From NCBI GenBank assembly GCA_038747195.1, contig JBCDKA010000003.1:20726-84725 (forward strand): DNA of 64,000 bases, in the 5' to 3' direction. Position numbers and translations under genes: made by a program. The notes under the pieces were generated by a model. That model was not told the DNA's origin and did no database searches. It saw only the letters and a list, made by a program, of their open reading frames with translations. This DNA comes from Pseudomonadota bacterium. Lineage in GTDB: Bacteria > Pseudomonadota > Gammaproteobacteria > Xanthomonadales > SZUA-38. Positions 37,880-47,723 of the stretch are shown in pieces. Position 1 is the first letter of the stretch, and the number at the start of each line of letters is the position of its first letter.

Positions 37880-39595
37880 TCAGATAACGATCGTGTTGCC
37901 CGCAAAGCCGGTGAAGCGAATTTCGCCCGCGACCTCGTTATAGGTTTGCCGCAAGTCACGCAGCATGCGGACAGCGACGTCCTCGCCCAGCAGGATTCCG
38001 TCGGTGCCGTCCGTACGCCAATGGACGCCGGCCAGATTGCGGCCAATGGCGATGTTGTTGGCCAGCTTGTTGAGCTCTCCTTCGACCGTAAGCGCCTCTG
38101 GTCCGCTGTAGGGTTGGAGCGCTTGACCGTCTGAGCCGGGCACCACCTCAACCGGCTCTGGAATGACGCTGCTGCCGTCGAAGAACGCTTTGAGCACGGT
38201 GACGCAGGCGCCGGCAATCGCCGCGTGCCCTGCGGGGTAGGCGGGGTGTGTCGGTGAACCCTCGGGGTAGGCCATCGGGAGCCAGAGCTCGCCGTTGTTG
38301 GCGTCTGCGACCGCGTCGAGTACCGGCGAGTTGAGGAGTTCGCTGTTGATCGGGTACGACCGCTCACCGGAGCGCGTGAACTGGACGCGGCCTCCAAACA
38401 CCTCAGGCCGCAGCCTCCGGTGGACCTGCCACTTCTGGTACCACGCGGCCCGAAGCGCCTGCAGCGCCACGTCACCGATCTGAGAAAGCACCTCCGCCGC
38501 CCCAAACGTGACAAAACCTCCCTGGGTGGCGCTGGTGTTGTAAGGGTTCCCGGCGCGCAGCGGTGCGCCCAAGCCGAGCAGGATCAGCGCGGCCTGCAGA
38601 TAGGTCTGATAGGTGTAATCCTGGTGGACATATTCGCCAAGGTCGCGAGCAGTCGTAATAAACCGGGGTTCCGGCTCAAAGCGGCTGACGGTGGCCGGGG
38701 CGCCGCCTCGGAGCACGTTGAGCCAGTCCTCACGGTTCAGCATATGGTCGTCCCCCGGCACGGTCGTCTGGTAGCGCTGTTCCGTCAGCGCAGCGCCCTG
38801 TGGAACCGGCAGCAGCAGGAACTGAGAAACATAGTTGCCAGTGAGATCGCCGGCAAAGGACCCTCGAAACAGCGTGGACGGCGTCACCGTTCCGCCCTGC
38901 AGGGGGCCGGTGAAACCGGAAAACGTGCTGAGCTCGCGCGCGGCGAAGTCCGCGGAAGGATCTGAGCCATAGGCCTCAAAAGGCACGTCGCGAAGCAGCG
39001 CGTGAAGGTAGACCTCCGCCATCTCGGCTGCGGTCTCCGCGCTGCTGAAGCCCGGCGCTGGCGGCATAAAAAATGCGTGGGAGTCACCGCCCACCAGACT
39101 GAACGCCAGCGACGCCTGCGGATTGGCCAGCTTCCGGTCCGCTTCGGGGGCGAGCGCAATGTGTTCCCACGCCGTGTCGCTGCGACCCTTAAGCGCCTGC
39201 AGGTAAGCGCGATAGGCTTCTGCATCAACCTCCCCCACCGCATTGTGCGGCAAAGTTTTCGTAAAGCTGCCAATGAAGTCCGGCAGCTCATCTTCATCGC
39301 CATTCGCTTGATTGACAGGGCTACGAACGAGGAACTGCTCGCGGGCGACGCCGACGCGCAGCGACCTGGCCGCCACGCTGCGCACCCGGGAAACCCCCAC
39401 CTCACTCTTGTCGCCGGGGACGGCGGTTTTTGCGTCGACCGTGCCGGTCATCATCGCCGCGCCCGTGCCGGCCGCAGCCGCTCCGACCTGGCTTAAAAAC
39501 TGTCGGCGTGAGTTGCGCTCAGCGGTTTCATGCGCGTTGCGGGAGCTTTCCTGGTTCGATCGGCTGGCGTTTGTTTGGGTCATTTGTTCTCTCAT
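37880..39595 (-). CDS. TAT-exported vanadium-dependent haloperoxidase / PAP2-superfamily protein
   Basis: Twin-arginine signal SRRQFLSQVGAAAAGTGAAMM. Motifs WYQKWQVHRRLRPE (K-x7-RP), HPAYPAGHA (PxGH) and GRNLAGVHWRTD (R-x5-H-x3-D). Confidence 0.72.
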   Translation of the reverse strand: MREQMTQTNASRSNQESSRNAHETAERNSRRQFLSQVGAAAAGTGAAMMTGTVDAKTAVPGDKSEVGVSRVRSVAARSLRVGVAREQFLVRSPVNQANGDEDELPDFIGSFTKTLPHNAVGEVDAEAYRAYLQALKGRSDTAWEHIALAPEADRKLANPQASLAFSLVGGDSHAFFMPPAPGFSSAETAAEMAEVYLHALLRDVPFEAYGSDPSADFAARELSTFSGFTGPLQGGTVTPSTLFRGSFAGDLTGNYVSQFLLLPVPQGAALTEQRYQTTVPGDDHMLNREDWLNVLRGGAPATVSRFEPEPRFITTARDLGEYVHQDYTYQTYLQAALILLGLGAPLRAGNPYNTSATQGGFVTFGAAEVLSQIGDVALQALRAAWYQKWQVHRRLRPEVFGGRVQFTRSGERSYPINSELLNSPVLDAVADANNGELWLPMAYPEGSPTHPAYPAGHAAIAGACVTVLKAFFDGSSVIPEPVEVVPGSDGQALQPYSGPEALTVEGELNKLANNIAIGRNLAGVHWRTDGTDGILLGEDVAVRMLRDLRQTYNEVAGEIRFTGFAGNTIVI

Positions 39596-39842
39596 CGATT
39601 GTGTTCAAGCTTGGCGGTGGGCATGGCCAATGAGCCAGCGCCCTGCATACGGGTTCTGACGTCCGGCACGCCGGTCATCCCTTCATCATTAATACGAGAC
39701 GGAGGTCAAATTTACTCGGAACAAAACAGGAAATATTCGGAAATTTCCGGAGATCGACGTAGGTAAACGGCTGATTTGAGGTGCCTTCTCAAGGCGCGGT
39801 GAGTGTCGGTGTCGCCCCGGCGCCGGTGACGGATTTGTCGGC

Positions 39843-40634
39843 TTACCCTATTGCACTCCGCCAGCGCAGCGACATGCAGGATAGTCCGGCGTCGAGCTTG
39901 CTGATTTCGTTTGTCTTGAGGGGCTCGAGCGAATATCCCTGCCCGCTAAGCTGGTCGATCGTTCGGTGGAAGTGGCTCCCGATCAGCACTCGATCGTTGA
40001 TCCGCAGTGCGTTGGCCGCAGCCTCTTCTCCTTGGGGCACCAGGATCGTTCTGAGGCCGTTAAACACCCCGCTGGCGGCCAGCCTGCGCGTCGACAAAAC
40101 CGTTTCGTTGTCGAGCATCGAGCAGTCGGACTTGAAATGCAGGACGTCGGGCGGCGTCTGCACAATGGCGCCTCGCAGGCCGAGGTGGTTCAAACAGCTC
40201 ATGAGCGCTTCAGCGCCTTGGACGTTGGTGCGTTCAGATAGGCCGACCAGGACCTTGTCGGGTGTGATGAGCACGTCCCCGCCTTCGACGCTGCCGGGGC
40301 CGGGCAGTTGAAGGACGTTCGCGAAATGCTCCCGCAGTACGGGCAACATTTCAGCCGCCTCGCCGAACCGTGACGCGGCACCCGGGCGAAGCGCAACGGC
40401 GCCGTTGGAAAATACCAGCGCCGGATCCTCCACAAACACGGCGTCCGGAAACGCGGGCGCGGGTGGCAGCACGGTGACCGTTACGCCGGCGGCCTCCAGG
40501 GCTTCGACGTACGCGAGGTGCTCCTCGCCAAGCTGGTCGAAGTCCGGAGCTCCCCGATCTACCGCGCGCAGGCCGTTGACGACCGAGGCCGCGGGCCGCC
40601 TGACAATGGCTCGATCAAACTGAAATAGGTCCAT
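39843..40634 (-). CDS. ddaH: N(G),N(G)-dimethylarginine dimethylaminohydrolase (DDAH, amidinotransferase fold)
   Basis: Colinear with Pseudomonas DDAH as I recall it: RRPAASVVNGL, FPDAVFVEDPAL, RPGAASRFGE, EGGDVL, SERTN, LHFKS and C-terminal LDAGLSCMSLR catalytic Cys. Confidence 0.85.
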   Translation of the reverse strand: MDLFQFDRAIVRRPAASVVNGLRAVDRGAPDFDQLGEEHLAYVEALEAAGVTVTVLPPAPAFPDAVFVEDPALVFSNGAVALRPGAASRFGEAAEMLPVLREHFANVLQLPGPGSVEGGDVLITPDKVLVGLSERTNVQGAEALMSCLNHLGLRGAIVQTPPDVLHFKSDCSMLDNETVLSTRRLAASGVFNGLRTILVPQGEEAAANALRINDRVLIGSHFHRTIDQLSGQGYSLEPLKTNEISKLDAGLSCMSLRWRSAIG

Positions 40635-40945
40635 ACTTCTAGGGTCTGCTCAGCGCCCGGCGAATTTGTGGTTTCAAGAAGCGAAAGCCGTAGCGTACTC
40701 TGCCTGCTGGCGCGCCGCTGGGCAATCGCCAAGCCCGGTTAGCACTGACGATGGTGAGGAGCGCTGCGGTCGGGATAGGTAAGGTCGGAATCCATTCCTT
40801 GACAGAACATTGCCACGTCTCTGTGCTCTACTGGCAGGTAACCAGCGGCATTAATCCGGAAAAGCCATTGACGAGCAGCCACTTCCCCAAACGACTTCAC
40901 GGTCGCCGGACCCCGCCGGGGCTCGAGCTCACCGTGTTGCGCAAG

Positions 40946-41221
40946 ATGCCGTTACTGTTTCTTGTCACCACGCTCTCAGTCGGCTCCTTGTCGGCGGTCG
41001 TTCGCTGGTTTCCGAGCAATGATTCGCTTGCCTCAGCCGCCAAGCAGATCGCCAGCGTCGACATTTTTGTGATCGCCACGGTAGTGACGCTGTGGACCGT
41101 CCTGCTGACAGTCTCTATCGGGTGCGTTCTGGTGCACATCATGAAAGGGCCGGCGTACGTTGCAGACGGCTATGCGCCGGAAGAACCGGCGCATAAGACC
41201 AGCGACCCCCGATCTCACTGA
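40946..41221 (+). CDS. Possible small two-TM membrane protein
   Basis: Internal ATG of ORF 40751..41221. Hydrophobic segments MPLLFLVTTLSVGSLSAVV and IFVIATVVTLWTVLLTVSIGCVLV. No homology recognised and may be non-coding. Confidence 0.3.
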   Translation: MPLLFLVTTLSVGSLSAVVRWFPSNDSLASAAKQIASVDIFVIATVVTLWTVLLTVSIGCVLVHIMKGPAYVADGYAPEEPAHKTSDPRSH

Positions 41222-41264
41222 ATGGTGCTTTCACTTTCCCAATCCTCCCCGCGACGCTAGCGCG

Positions 41265-43403
41265 ATGAGCCAGCCACCTCGCAAACCCTTTGATCGGGTG
41301 AGCCACGCGCCACCGATCGCTGACCGGCGCCCCGTGACAACGACTCAGCATGGCGTAGCCCGTGTCGACGACTATGCCTGGCTGCGTGACCCACAGTGGC
41401 AGGAGGTGCTGCGCGACCCGTCTCGGCTGGACGTGGCGATCCGCGACCATCTGAATGCCGAAAACGCGTATTACGAAGCAGCTACCCGCGACCTGGAACC
41501 GCTGCGCCGCCGGCTGGTCCGGGAGATGCGGGGGCGGATCAAAGAGGCGGACAGCTCGCTGCCAAGACCCGACGGGGACTTTGCCTATGCGGTTCGCTAC
41601 CGGGACGGCGGCGAGTACCCGGTCTATGTGCGGACAACGCGGGAGGGGCTCAGGGAGCAGATCCTGTTTGATGGTGACCTCGAAGCGAAAGGCGAGGCGT
41701 TCTTTCGTATCGCCAGCGTGGTCCACAGCCCGGATCACTCACTGATCGCCTGCGGCGTCGATCGGTTGGGTTCTGAGTACTACGATTTGACGGTCCGCCA
41801 TATTGAGTCAGGCGAAGCTCTCCCCGAGACCATTTCGCAAACCGGTGGGCATGTGGTCTGGGCCGCAGACTCGCGGTCGTTTTTCTACGTCGAACGTGAC
41901 GAAAACCAGCGTCCGAAACGCGTCAAACATCACCTGCTGGGGAGTACGCTGGCTGAAGACCTGCTGGTGTATGAGGAACCTGACGACAGTTATTTTCTCG
42001 GAATTCACGCCAGCCAGAGCCGCGAGTACCTTTTTATTGGCAGCACCAAGGGCACCTCAACGGAATATCGGTATCTAGCGCTCGACGCCAGTCCGGGGAC
42101 AGAACCGCGCGTGATGGCGCCTCGCGTCGAGGATGAACTCTACTACCCTCATCATCACGGCGAGCACTTTTACCTGCGCACCAACGCCCAGGGAGCGATG
42201 GACTTTAAGCTTGTTGTCACCCCGGTTGCCTCACCCGGTCGGGAACACTGGCAGGACTGGCTGCCGCACCAGGACGGTCGCTACGTCAGTGACCTGATTA
42301 CGTTGAAGGATTGGCTAATCCGCCTGGAGCGGCGCGAGGCTCTTCCGCGGCTGGTGGTGTCCGACTACGCCCGCAGCGAGAGCTTCGAGCTCGACTTTCC
42401 GGACCCTGCGTACAATCTGGAGCTCAGCCGTGGTCTTGAGTTTGACACCCGGTCGCTACGCATCCACTACGAGTCGCCGTCCACACCGGTCCAGACCTTC
42501 GATGTGGATCTAAAGTCGCACAAGCGGGTGCTGCGGAAACAGCAGGAGATTCCCAGTGGCCACGACCCAGGTCTCTACGCGGTGGAACGCCTGTTTGTGA
42601 CGGCTGATGACGGGGCTCAGATTCCAGTAACGCTACTCAGGCTCAAGACCACCCGGGCTGACGGCACAACGCCTCTGCTGCTTTACGGTTACGGCAGCTA
42701 CGGAACCACGATGCAGGCCTGGTTCAGCAGCGCTTTGCTGTCGTTGGTCGATCGGGGTGTGGTATACGCAACAGCTCATGTTCGAGGCGGTTCTGACAAC
42801 GGCCGACAGTGGTATCAGGACGGCAAGCTGGCCAACAAAAACCATTCGTTTACCGATTTTGCACGGGTTGCCGAAGCCCTGCAGGACCGCGGTTACGGGG
42901 GGAACGGCAGGACGGTCAGCTATGGCGGATCCGCAGGCGGGTTGCTGGTTGGCGCCACGCTGAACCTGCGGCCGGATTTATTCGGCGGCGCGATTGCCGC
43001 AGTACCCTTCGTCGATGTGCTCAACACGATCTCTGATGCGGATCTGCCGTTAACGCCGCCCGAGTGGGTTGAGTGGGGGGATCCGATCAACGACCAGACG
43101 GCTTTCCAGACGATTGCCGGTTACTCGCCCTATGACAACATCCGCAAAGACGTCGACTATCCACCGCTGCTCGCCACCGGCGGGTTGACCGACTACCGGG
43201 TCACCTATTGGGAACCCGCCAAATGGGTTGCAAGGCTGCGGGCAGAAGCAACCGGAGGGCCGTTTTTCCTAAAGATGAATATGGCAGCCGGCCACAGCGG
43301 TTCAGCAGCGCGATTTGAGCGGCTTGAGGAGCGCGCCCACGAGTACGCTTTTGCGCTCAAGGTTTTTAGTCTTGAGGATCGAGCGCCGGTGAGGCACGGG
43401 TAG
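41265..43403 (+). CDS. ptrB: Oligopeptidase B (S9A family)
   Basis: HGVARVDDYAWLRD and NAENAYYEA N-terminal motifs typical of PtrB. GGSAGGLLVG nucleophile. Later GLTDYRV (Asp) and AGHSG (His). Confidence 0.88.
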   Translation: MSQPPRKPFDRVSHAPPIADRRPVTTTQHGVARVDDYAWLRDPQWQEVLRDPSRLDVAIRDHLNAENAYYEAATRDLEPLRRRLVREMRGRIKEADSSLPRPDGDFAYAVRYRDGGEYPVYVRTTREGLREQILFDGDLEAKGEAFFRIASVVHSPDHSLIACGVDRLGSEYYDLTVRHIESGEALPETISQTGGHVVWAADSRSFFYVERDENQRPKRVKHHLLGSTLAEDLLVYEEPDDSYFLGIHASQSREYLFIGSTKGTSTEYRYLALDASPGTEPRVMAPRVEDELYYPHHHGEHFYLRTNAQGAMDFKLVVTPVASPGREHWQDWLPHQDGRYVSDLITLKDWLIRLERREALPRLVVSDYARSESFELDFPDPAYNLELSRGLEFDTRSLRIHYESPSTPVQTFDVDLKSHKRVLRKQQEIPSGHDPGLYAVERLFVTADDGAQIPVTLLRLKTTRADGTTPLLLYGYGSYGTTMQAWFSSALLSLVDRGVVYATAHVRGGSDNGRQWYQDGKLANKNHSFTDFARVAEALQDRGYGGNGRTVSYGGSAGGLLVGATLNLRPDLFGGAIAAVPFVDVLNTISDADLPLTPPEWVEWGDPINDQTAFQTIAGYSPYDNIRKDVDYPPLLATGGLTDYRVTYWEPAKWVARLRAEATGGPFFLKMNMAAGHSGSAARFERLEERAHEYAFALKVFSLEDRAPVRHG

Positions 43404-43501
43404 ATGGTGGCCAGCGCCCAGTCTATGGCACTGCTTGAATATTTCCGGCAGGCGTATCAACATCTCCCGATGGAAAAAATTTCCCGTACTGTCGACGAGC
43501 G

Positions 43502-45397
43502 TTGAACGATACGGCGGACGACAACGGGGCGGCCGCCGAGTCGCTGCAGCGTCAGCCCGAAGCGGGGCCCGTTGAGCCGCCGGTGATGCCGCCGGCGGAG
43601 GAATCACGAGAACAACGAACTTCACCGGTAATCCCTGACTGGCGGAGCGACCTCCTCAAGCAGATCCGCGTGGTGCTCCTGGCAGTGCTGGCCATTACGT
43701 CGATGCTCATTTTTGTCTTCGAGAGCAGCCTCAGTTTTCGGATCGTAAGCGTCTTGCTGGGTGTCTCTCTGGTGCCGGCCGCGTACCTGTCGAGCGGACG
43801 GTTTTCCTATCTGGTTCGCGTCTGGACCATTCTCAGCCTGTCGCTTGCCGCATCCTTGGCAGCGTTGTTTTTTGTTGGGGTGGCCGCCGGCCCTGCGCTT
43901 TGCGTAGCTTTCTGTTTGGTTTTCTCCGCTCTGCTGCTAGGCAGGGTGGTGATGGTTCGTCTCCTGCTCGCAACGATGGTGGTGTTGTTCGGATTCTTTG
44001 TTGTGCAGTACCTCGGATGGTGGGCCGGGCCCGAAAACGTCAGCTATGCCGCCGGTGGTCCCATGCTTTGGGCCAGAGCCAGCATTCTTTCGGTGCTTTT
44101 CTGGGCCGGGATGGCGTTTTCTGTCTGGTTTGTCGTGAGCACCATCGAAAAATCGCTTTCCGGCCAGGATGCGGCGCTTAGGGAGCGAAACCAGGCGGTC
44201 AATCGTTTGCGCACCGAGATCCGACAGCGGCAGGATGCGGAGCAGGCCTGGCGTGAGGCGCAGATCATTGCCAGCCAAACACAGAAACTGGACGCGCTCG
44301 GCAGACTCGCGGCAGGGGTTGCGCACGATTTCAACAACGCGCTGCTGGTGATTCAAGGCTGGACGGCCCTCCTGCGCGACGACAGCAGCGAAGCATTCCG
44401 CGACAAGGCGATCGAGGCCATCGACAGCGCTACCGGACAGGCGAAGCAGCTCTCGGACAAGCTGCTGATTTTCGGTCGCCAGGAGGTCCGTTCGCCGAGC
44501 TACCTGCGTGCTTCCGAGGTGGTGGCAGACACGGCAGAAACGCTCAAGGCCTTACTGCCGTCCAATACCGCTATCCGGCTCGATCTCGATCCCGAGGCCG
44601 CCATCTATGTTGACGAAACGCAGCTTCGTCAGCTGCTCTATAACCTTGTGCTCAACTCGATTGACGCCATGCCTGACGGAGGGGAGATCCGCCTGCGCAC
44701 GCGCTGTGTTGCCCCGGCTGATGCGTCCCAGCCCGATCGCGTGATCGTTGAAGTTGAAGACACGGGTGTCGGGATGGACGCTGAGACGCGGGAACAGATC
44801 TTCGATCCGTTTTTCACCACTAAGGGTGTCGGAAAAGGGACTGGCCTCGGTCTCTCCAGCGTGTTCGGCATCGTTGAGCAAAGTGATGGGGCCATCGATG
44901 TCTGGAGCCAGCCGGGCGAGGGCACTCGATTCTCGATCAGTTTCCCGCGCGTCACCCTGGCGCCGGACGCTGCGGAGTCGTCATCCTCGGACGAGCAAGG
45001 CGACGGGAACGATACTGATCCCGTGGCCTTTCAAGGTCGTCGCGTATTGGTGGTCGAAGACGATCCGCTGGTCCGTCAGCTCATTGTTTTTGCGCTGAGC
45101 AAGGGTGGCTTTCGGACCGTCGAAGCTGCCGATGGGGAAGCGGCGCTTAAAGCGCTTGCGGAAATGGATCAGCCTTTTGATCTGTTGTGTACCGATGCGG
45201 TGTTCCCCGGAGCGCCTCTTGCTGAGGTCCTCGAAGTCTTTGAAGATCGCTGTCCGCAGGGCGGGGTACTGATCTGTTCTGGCTATGTGCCCAGCGAACT
45301 GGCGATTGACGGCATCGAGTCCGGTCGCTACGGCTTTTTGGCAAAGCCCTTCACGGCGGAGCAGCTGCTGCAAAAGCTCACCCTGGTCCAGCCATAG
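43502..45397 (+). CDS. Hybrid sensor histidine kinase / response regulator with multi-TM N-terminal sensor domain
   Basis: TTG start. About 6 TM helices, coiled coil, H-box LAAGVAHDFNNAL, N/G boxes (NLVLNSIDAM, DTGVGM, GTGLGLS). C-terminal REC (VLVVEDDPLVRQL...DLLCTDAVFPG...KPF). Confidence 0.85.
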   Translation: MNDTADDNGAAAESLQRQPEAGPVEPPVMPPAEESREQRTSPVIPDWRSDLLKQIRVVLLAVLAITSMLIFVFESSLSFRIVSVLLGVSLVPAAYLSSGRFSYLVRVWTILSLSLAASLAALFFVGVAAGPALCVAFCLVFSALLLGRVVMVRLLLATMVVLFGFFVVQYLGWWAGPENVSYAAGGPMLWARASILSVLFWAGMAFSVWFVVSTIEKSLSGQDAALRERNQAVNRLRTEIRQRQDAEQAWREAQIIASQTQKLDALGRLAAGVAHDFNNALLVIQGWTALLRDDSSEAFRDKAIEAIDSATGQAKQLSDKLLIFGRQEVRSPSYLRASEVVADTAETLKALLPSNTAIRLDLDPEAAIYVDETQLRQLLYNLVLNSIDAMPDGGEIRLRTRCVAPADASQPDRVIVEVEDTGVGMDAETREQIFDPFFTTKGVGKGTGLGLSSVFGIVEQSDGAIDVWSQPGEGTRFSISFPRVTLAPDAAESSSSDEQGDGNDTDPVAFQGRRVLVVEDDPLVRQLIVFALSKGGFRTVEAADGEAALKALAEMDQPFDLLCTDAVFPGAPLAEVLEVFEDRCPQGGVLICSGYVPSELAIDGIESGRYGFLAKPFTAEQLLQKLTLVQP

Positions 45398-45543
45398 GCA
45401 ACATGTCGGTTCACGGTTGCGCGGTCGCTTCATCAAATTGCTGAGGATGGGGTACAGTGGCCCCACTTCGAAACCCGGTGCCCTTCGTAGCATGCTTCCA
45501 GTCTCCCTGTGCCGGCAAGAACGCCAAAGGACAAACGACTGAT

Positions 45544-46938
45544 ATGTTGCGTGCCGCCGGCAGCGTGCTGTCAAACCGCCTTCAGCGCTGGATTCCAGAA
45601 CCTTTTGTCTTTGCGATCATTCTGACGCTGCTGGTTGCCGGGTTGGCGCTGGTCTTTACCGACCGGAGCGTGAACGCGGTGGTGGACGACTGGTACCGCG
45701 GGTTCTGGACACTGCTGGAATTTGGCATGCAGATGGTCTTGATCCTGGTAACCGGCTACGCGATTGCGCTGTCGCCGTTCATCGCTCAATTGATCAATCG
45801 GCTGGCAAAGCTCGCAGCCACACCCGGCGCGGTGTATGTGCTGGTGGTGGTGGTGGGTGGCCTGTTTGGTCTGATCAGCTGGGGCTGGGCGGTGCTGACC
45901 GCCGTGCTCGCCCGAGAGCTGGCGCGGCGCGTCGACGGTCTCGACTACTCTTATCTTGTGGCCTGCGTCTATCTTGCGGGCCAGCCCTGGGTCGGTGGCT
46001 TGTCGAGCTCCATTCCGCTGCTGCTGAATACCGAAGGCAATTTCCTGATCGAGACCGGCGTGTTGTCCGAGCAAATCCCCATTTCCGCGACGCTAGGGAG
46101 TCCGCTGAACTGGGCTTATATCGCTCACCATTTTCTGGCGGTGCCTTTGCTCATGTGGCTCATGCGCCCACACGTGCATGCGAGCCGTTCGATGCGCGAC
46201 CTCGCTGACCCTGCCTATGAAGAACGCGGCACGGTGGCTGAGGAAGCAGCTACGCATGTGCTGACTGGAAAATCGATTTCCGACCGCTTAAACAACACAA
46301 TCTGGCTGCAGCTGGTCATTGCCCTCGCAGCGCTGAGCTACGTCTTTCGCCACTTCGCGCGCAACGGCTTTGATATTGATCTCAACATCATGATCTTTAT
46401 CTTTCTAGCCGTTGGCTTGCTCACCCACGGGACGCCGATGCGCTACGTCATCGCCATGAAGCGGGCCTGCGCCAACGTCTCCGGCATCGTGTTCCAGTAT
46501 CCGTTTTACGCCGGGATTATGGGCATCATGATGTTCAGCGGTTTGGGTACGCAAATCGCCGGCTGGATGTCCGAGGGTGCCACGGTCGGTACGCTTCCGT
46601 TTATTGGCATGCTGAGCGGCGCCGTTGTGAATTTTGCCATCCCGTCCGCGGGAGGTGAGTGGGCGGTGATCGGACCGGCCTTCACCGAGGCCGCGGCCAG
46701 TTTGGCGGCGACGCTGCCGGAAGACCAGGTCCAGCCGTTTATCGCCCGGGTGGCGCTGGCGGTGGCATACGGCGAAACGTCGACCAACCTGCTCCAGCCG
46801 TTTTTTCTGCTGGTCATTCTGCCGGTGATGGGGGCGGGCGTTCGCATTCAGGCCCGAGACGTTATGGGTTATCTGGTGCTGCCTTTTCTCTATATTTTTG
46901 CATCCTCAGCGCTGTTGGTGACCTTTGTTCCGTTGTAA
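45544..46938 (+). CDS. atoE: Short-chain fatty acid transporter (AtoE / TIGR00366 family)
   Basis: Colinear with E. coli AtoE as I recall it: RWIPEPFVFAIILTLL, FQYPFYAGIMGIM, NFAIPSAGGEWAVIGPAF, VAYGETSTNLLQPFF and GVRIQARDVMGY. Confidence 0.88.
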   Translation: MLRAAGSVLSNRLQRWIPEPFVFAIILTLLVAGLALVFTDRSVNAVVDDWYRGFWTLLEFGMQMVLILVTGYAIALSPFIAQLINRLAKLAATPGAVYVLVVVVGGLFGLISWGWAVLTAVLARELARRVDGLDYSYLVACVYLAGQPWVGGLSSSIPLLLNTEGNFLIETGVLSEQIPISATLGSPLNWAYIAHHFLAVPLLMWLMRPHVHASRSMRDLADPAYEERGTVAEEAATHVLTGKSISDRLNNTIWLQLVIALAALSYVFRHFARNGFDIDLNIMIFIFLAVGLLTHGTPMRYVIAMKRACANVSGIVFQYPFYAGIMGIMMFSGLGTQIAGWMSEGATVGTLPFIGMLSGAVVNFAIPSAGGEWAVIGPAFTEAAASLAATLPEDQVQPFIARVALAVAYGETSTNLLQPFFLLVILPVMGAGVRIQARDVMGYLVLPFLYIFASSALLVTFVPL

Positions 46939-47016
46939 TAAATTGAACCGGAATTCCAGCATCGTTAGGCTCAGCGGCGTGGAAAAGTCGCGGCGCCGGC
47001 AAAAGGAGTGGAACGC

Positions 47017-47676
47017 ATGACAACAGCACTGGTCACCGGCGCCAATCGCGGCATCGGACTGGAAATCTGCCGGCAGCTTGCGGCGCGCGGCAACACCGTG
47101 ATCGGCGTTTGCCGCGGGGCCAATCGGGAGCTCGGCGCGGCCGGAGCGGAGGTTGTCGACGGTGTTGATGTTTCCAGCGCTGACGACGTAGCGCAGCTTG
47201 CGCGCTCGCTGGGCGGGCGAAAGATCGACTGGCTTATCAACAATGCCGGAATCCTGCGCGGCGATCATTTCGACAGCCTCGACTACGACTCGATGCTGGA
47301 GCAATTCCAGGTCAACGCGCTAGGGCCGTTGCGGATCACTCGAGCCCTTGCCGGGAATCTTCAGGACGGCGCGAAGGTCGGCATTGTCTCCAGCCGGGTT
47401 GGCTCCGTTGAGGACAACGGCAGCGGCAACAACTACGGCTATCGCTGCTCCAAGGCGGCGGTCAATATGGTGGGCAAGAACCTGAGTCATGACCTCGCGC
47501 GTCGCGGTATTGCGGTGGCCCTGCTACACCCGGGGTTAGTTGCCACGGAAATGACCGGTCTGCGAGGAATTGAGCCCGCCCAGGCGGCTGCCGGATTAAT
47601 CGACCGAATGGACGAGCTGTCCATGGATAACACCGGTCGGTTCTGGCACGCGGAAGGCTACGAGCTTCCCTGGTAA
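47017..47676 (+). CDS. Short-chain dehydrogenase/reductase (SDR, CsgA-like subgroup)
   Basis: ALVTGANRGIG cofactor motif, NNAG, and YRCSKAA catalytic YxxxK. AGGAG SD before ATG 47017. Confidence 0.85.
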   Translation: MTTALVTGANRGIGLEICRQLAARGNTVIGVCRGANRELGAAGAEVVDGVDVSSADDVAQLARSLGGRKIDWLINNAGILRGDHFDSLDYDSMLEQFQVNALGPLRITRALAGNLQDGAKVGIVSSRVGSVEDNGSGNNYGYRCSKAAVNMVGKNLSHDLARRGIAVALLHPGLVATEMTGLRGIEPAQAAAGLIDRMDELSMDNTGRFWHAEGYELPW

Positions 47677-47723
47677 GAAGCGCGGCCAGGGGTGCTCCTG
47701 ACGCCGATTAACTCAGCCGACCG

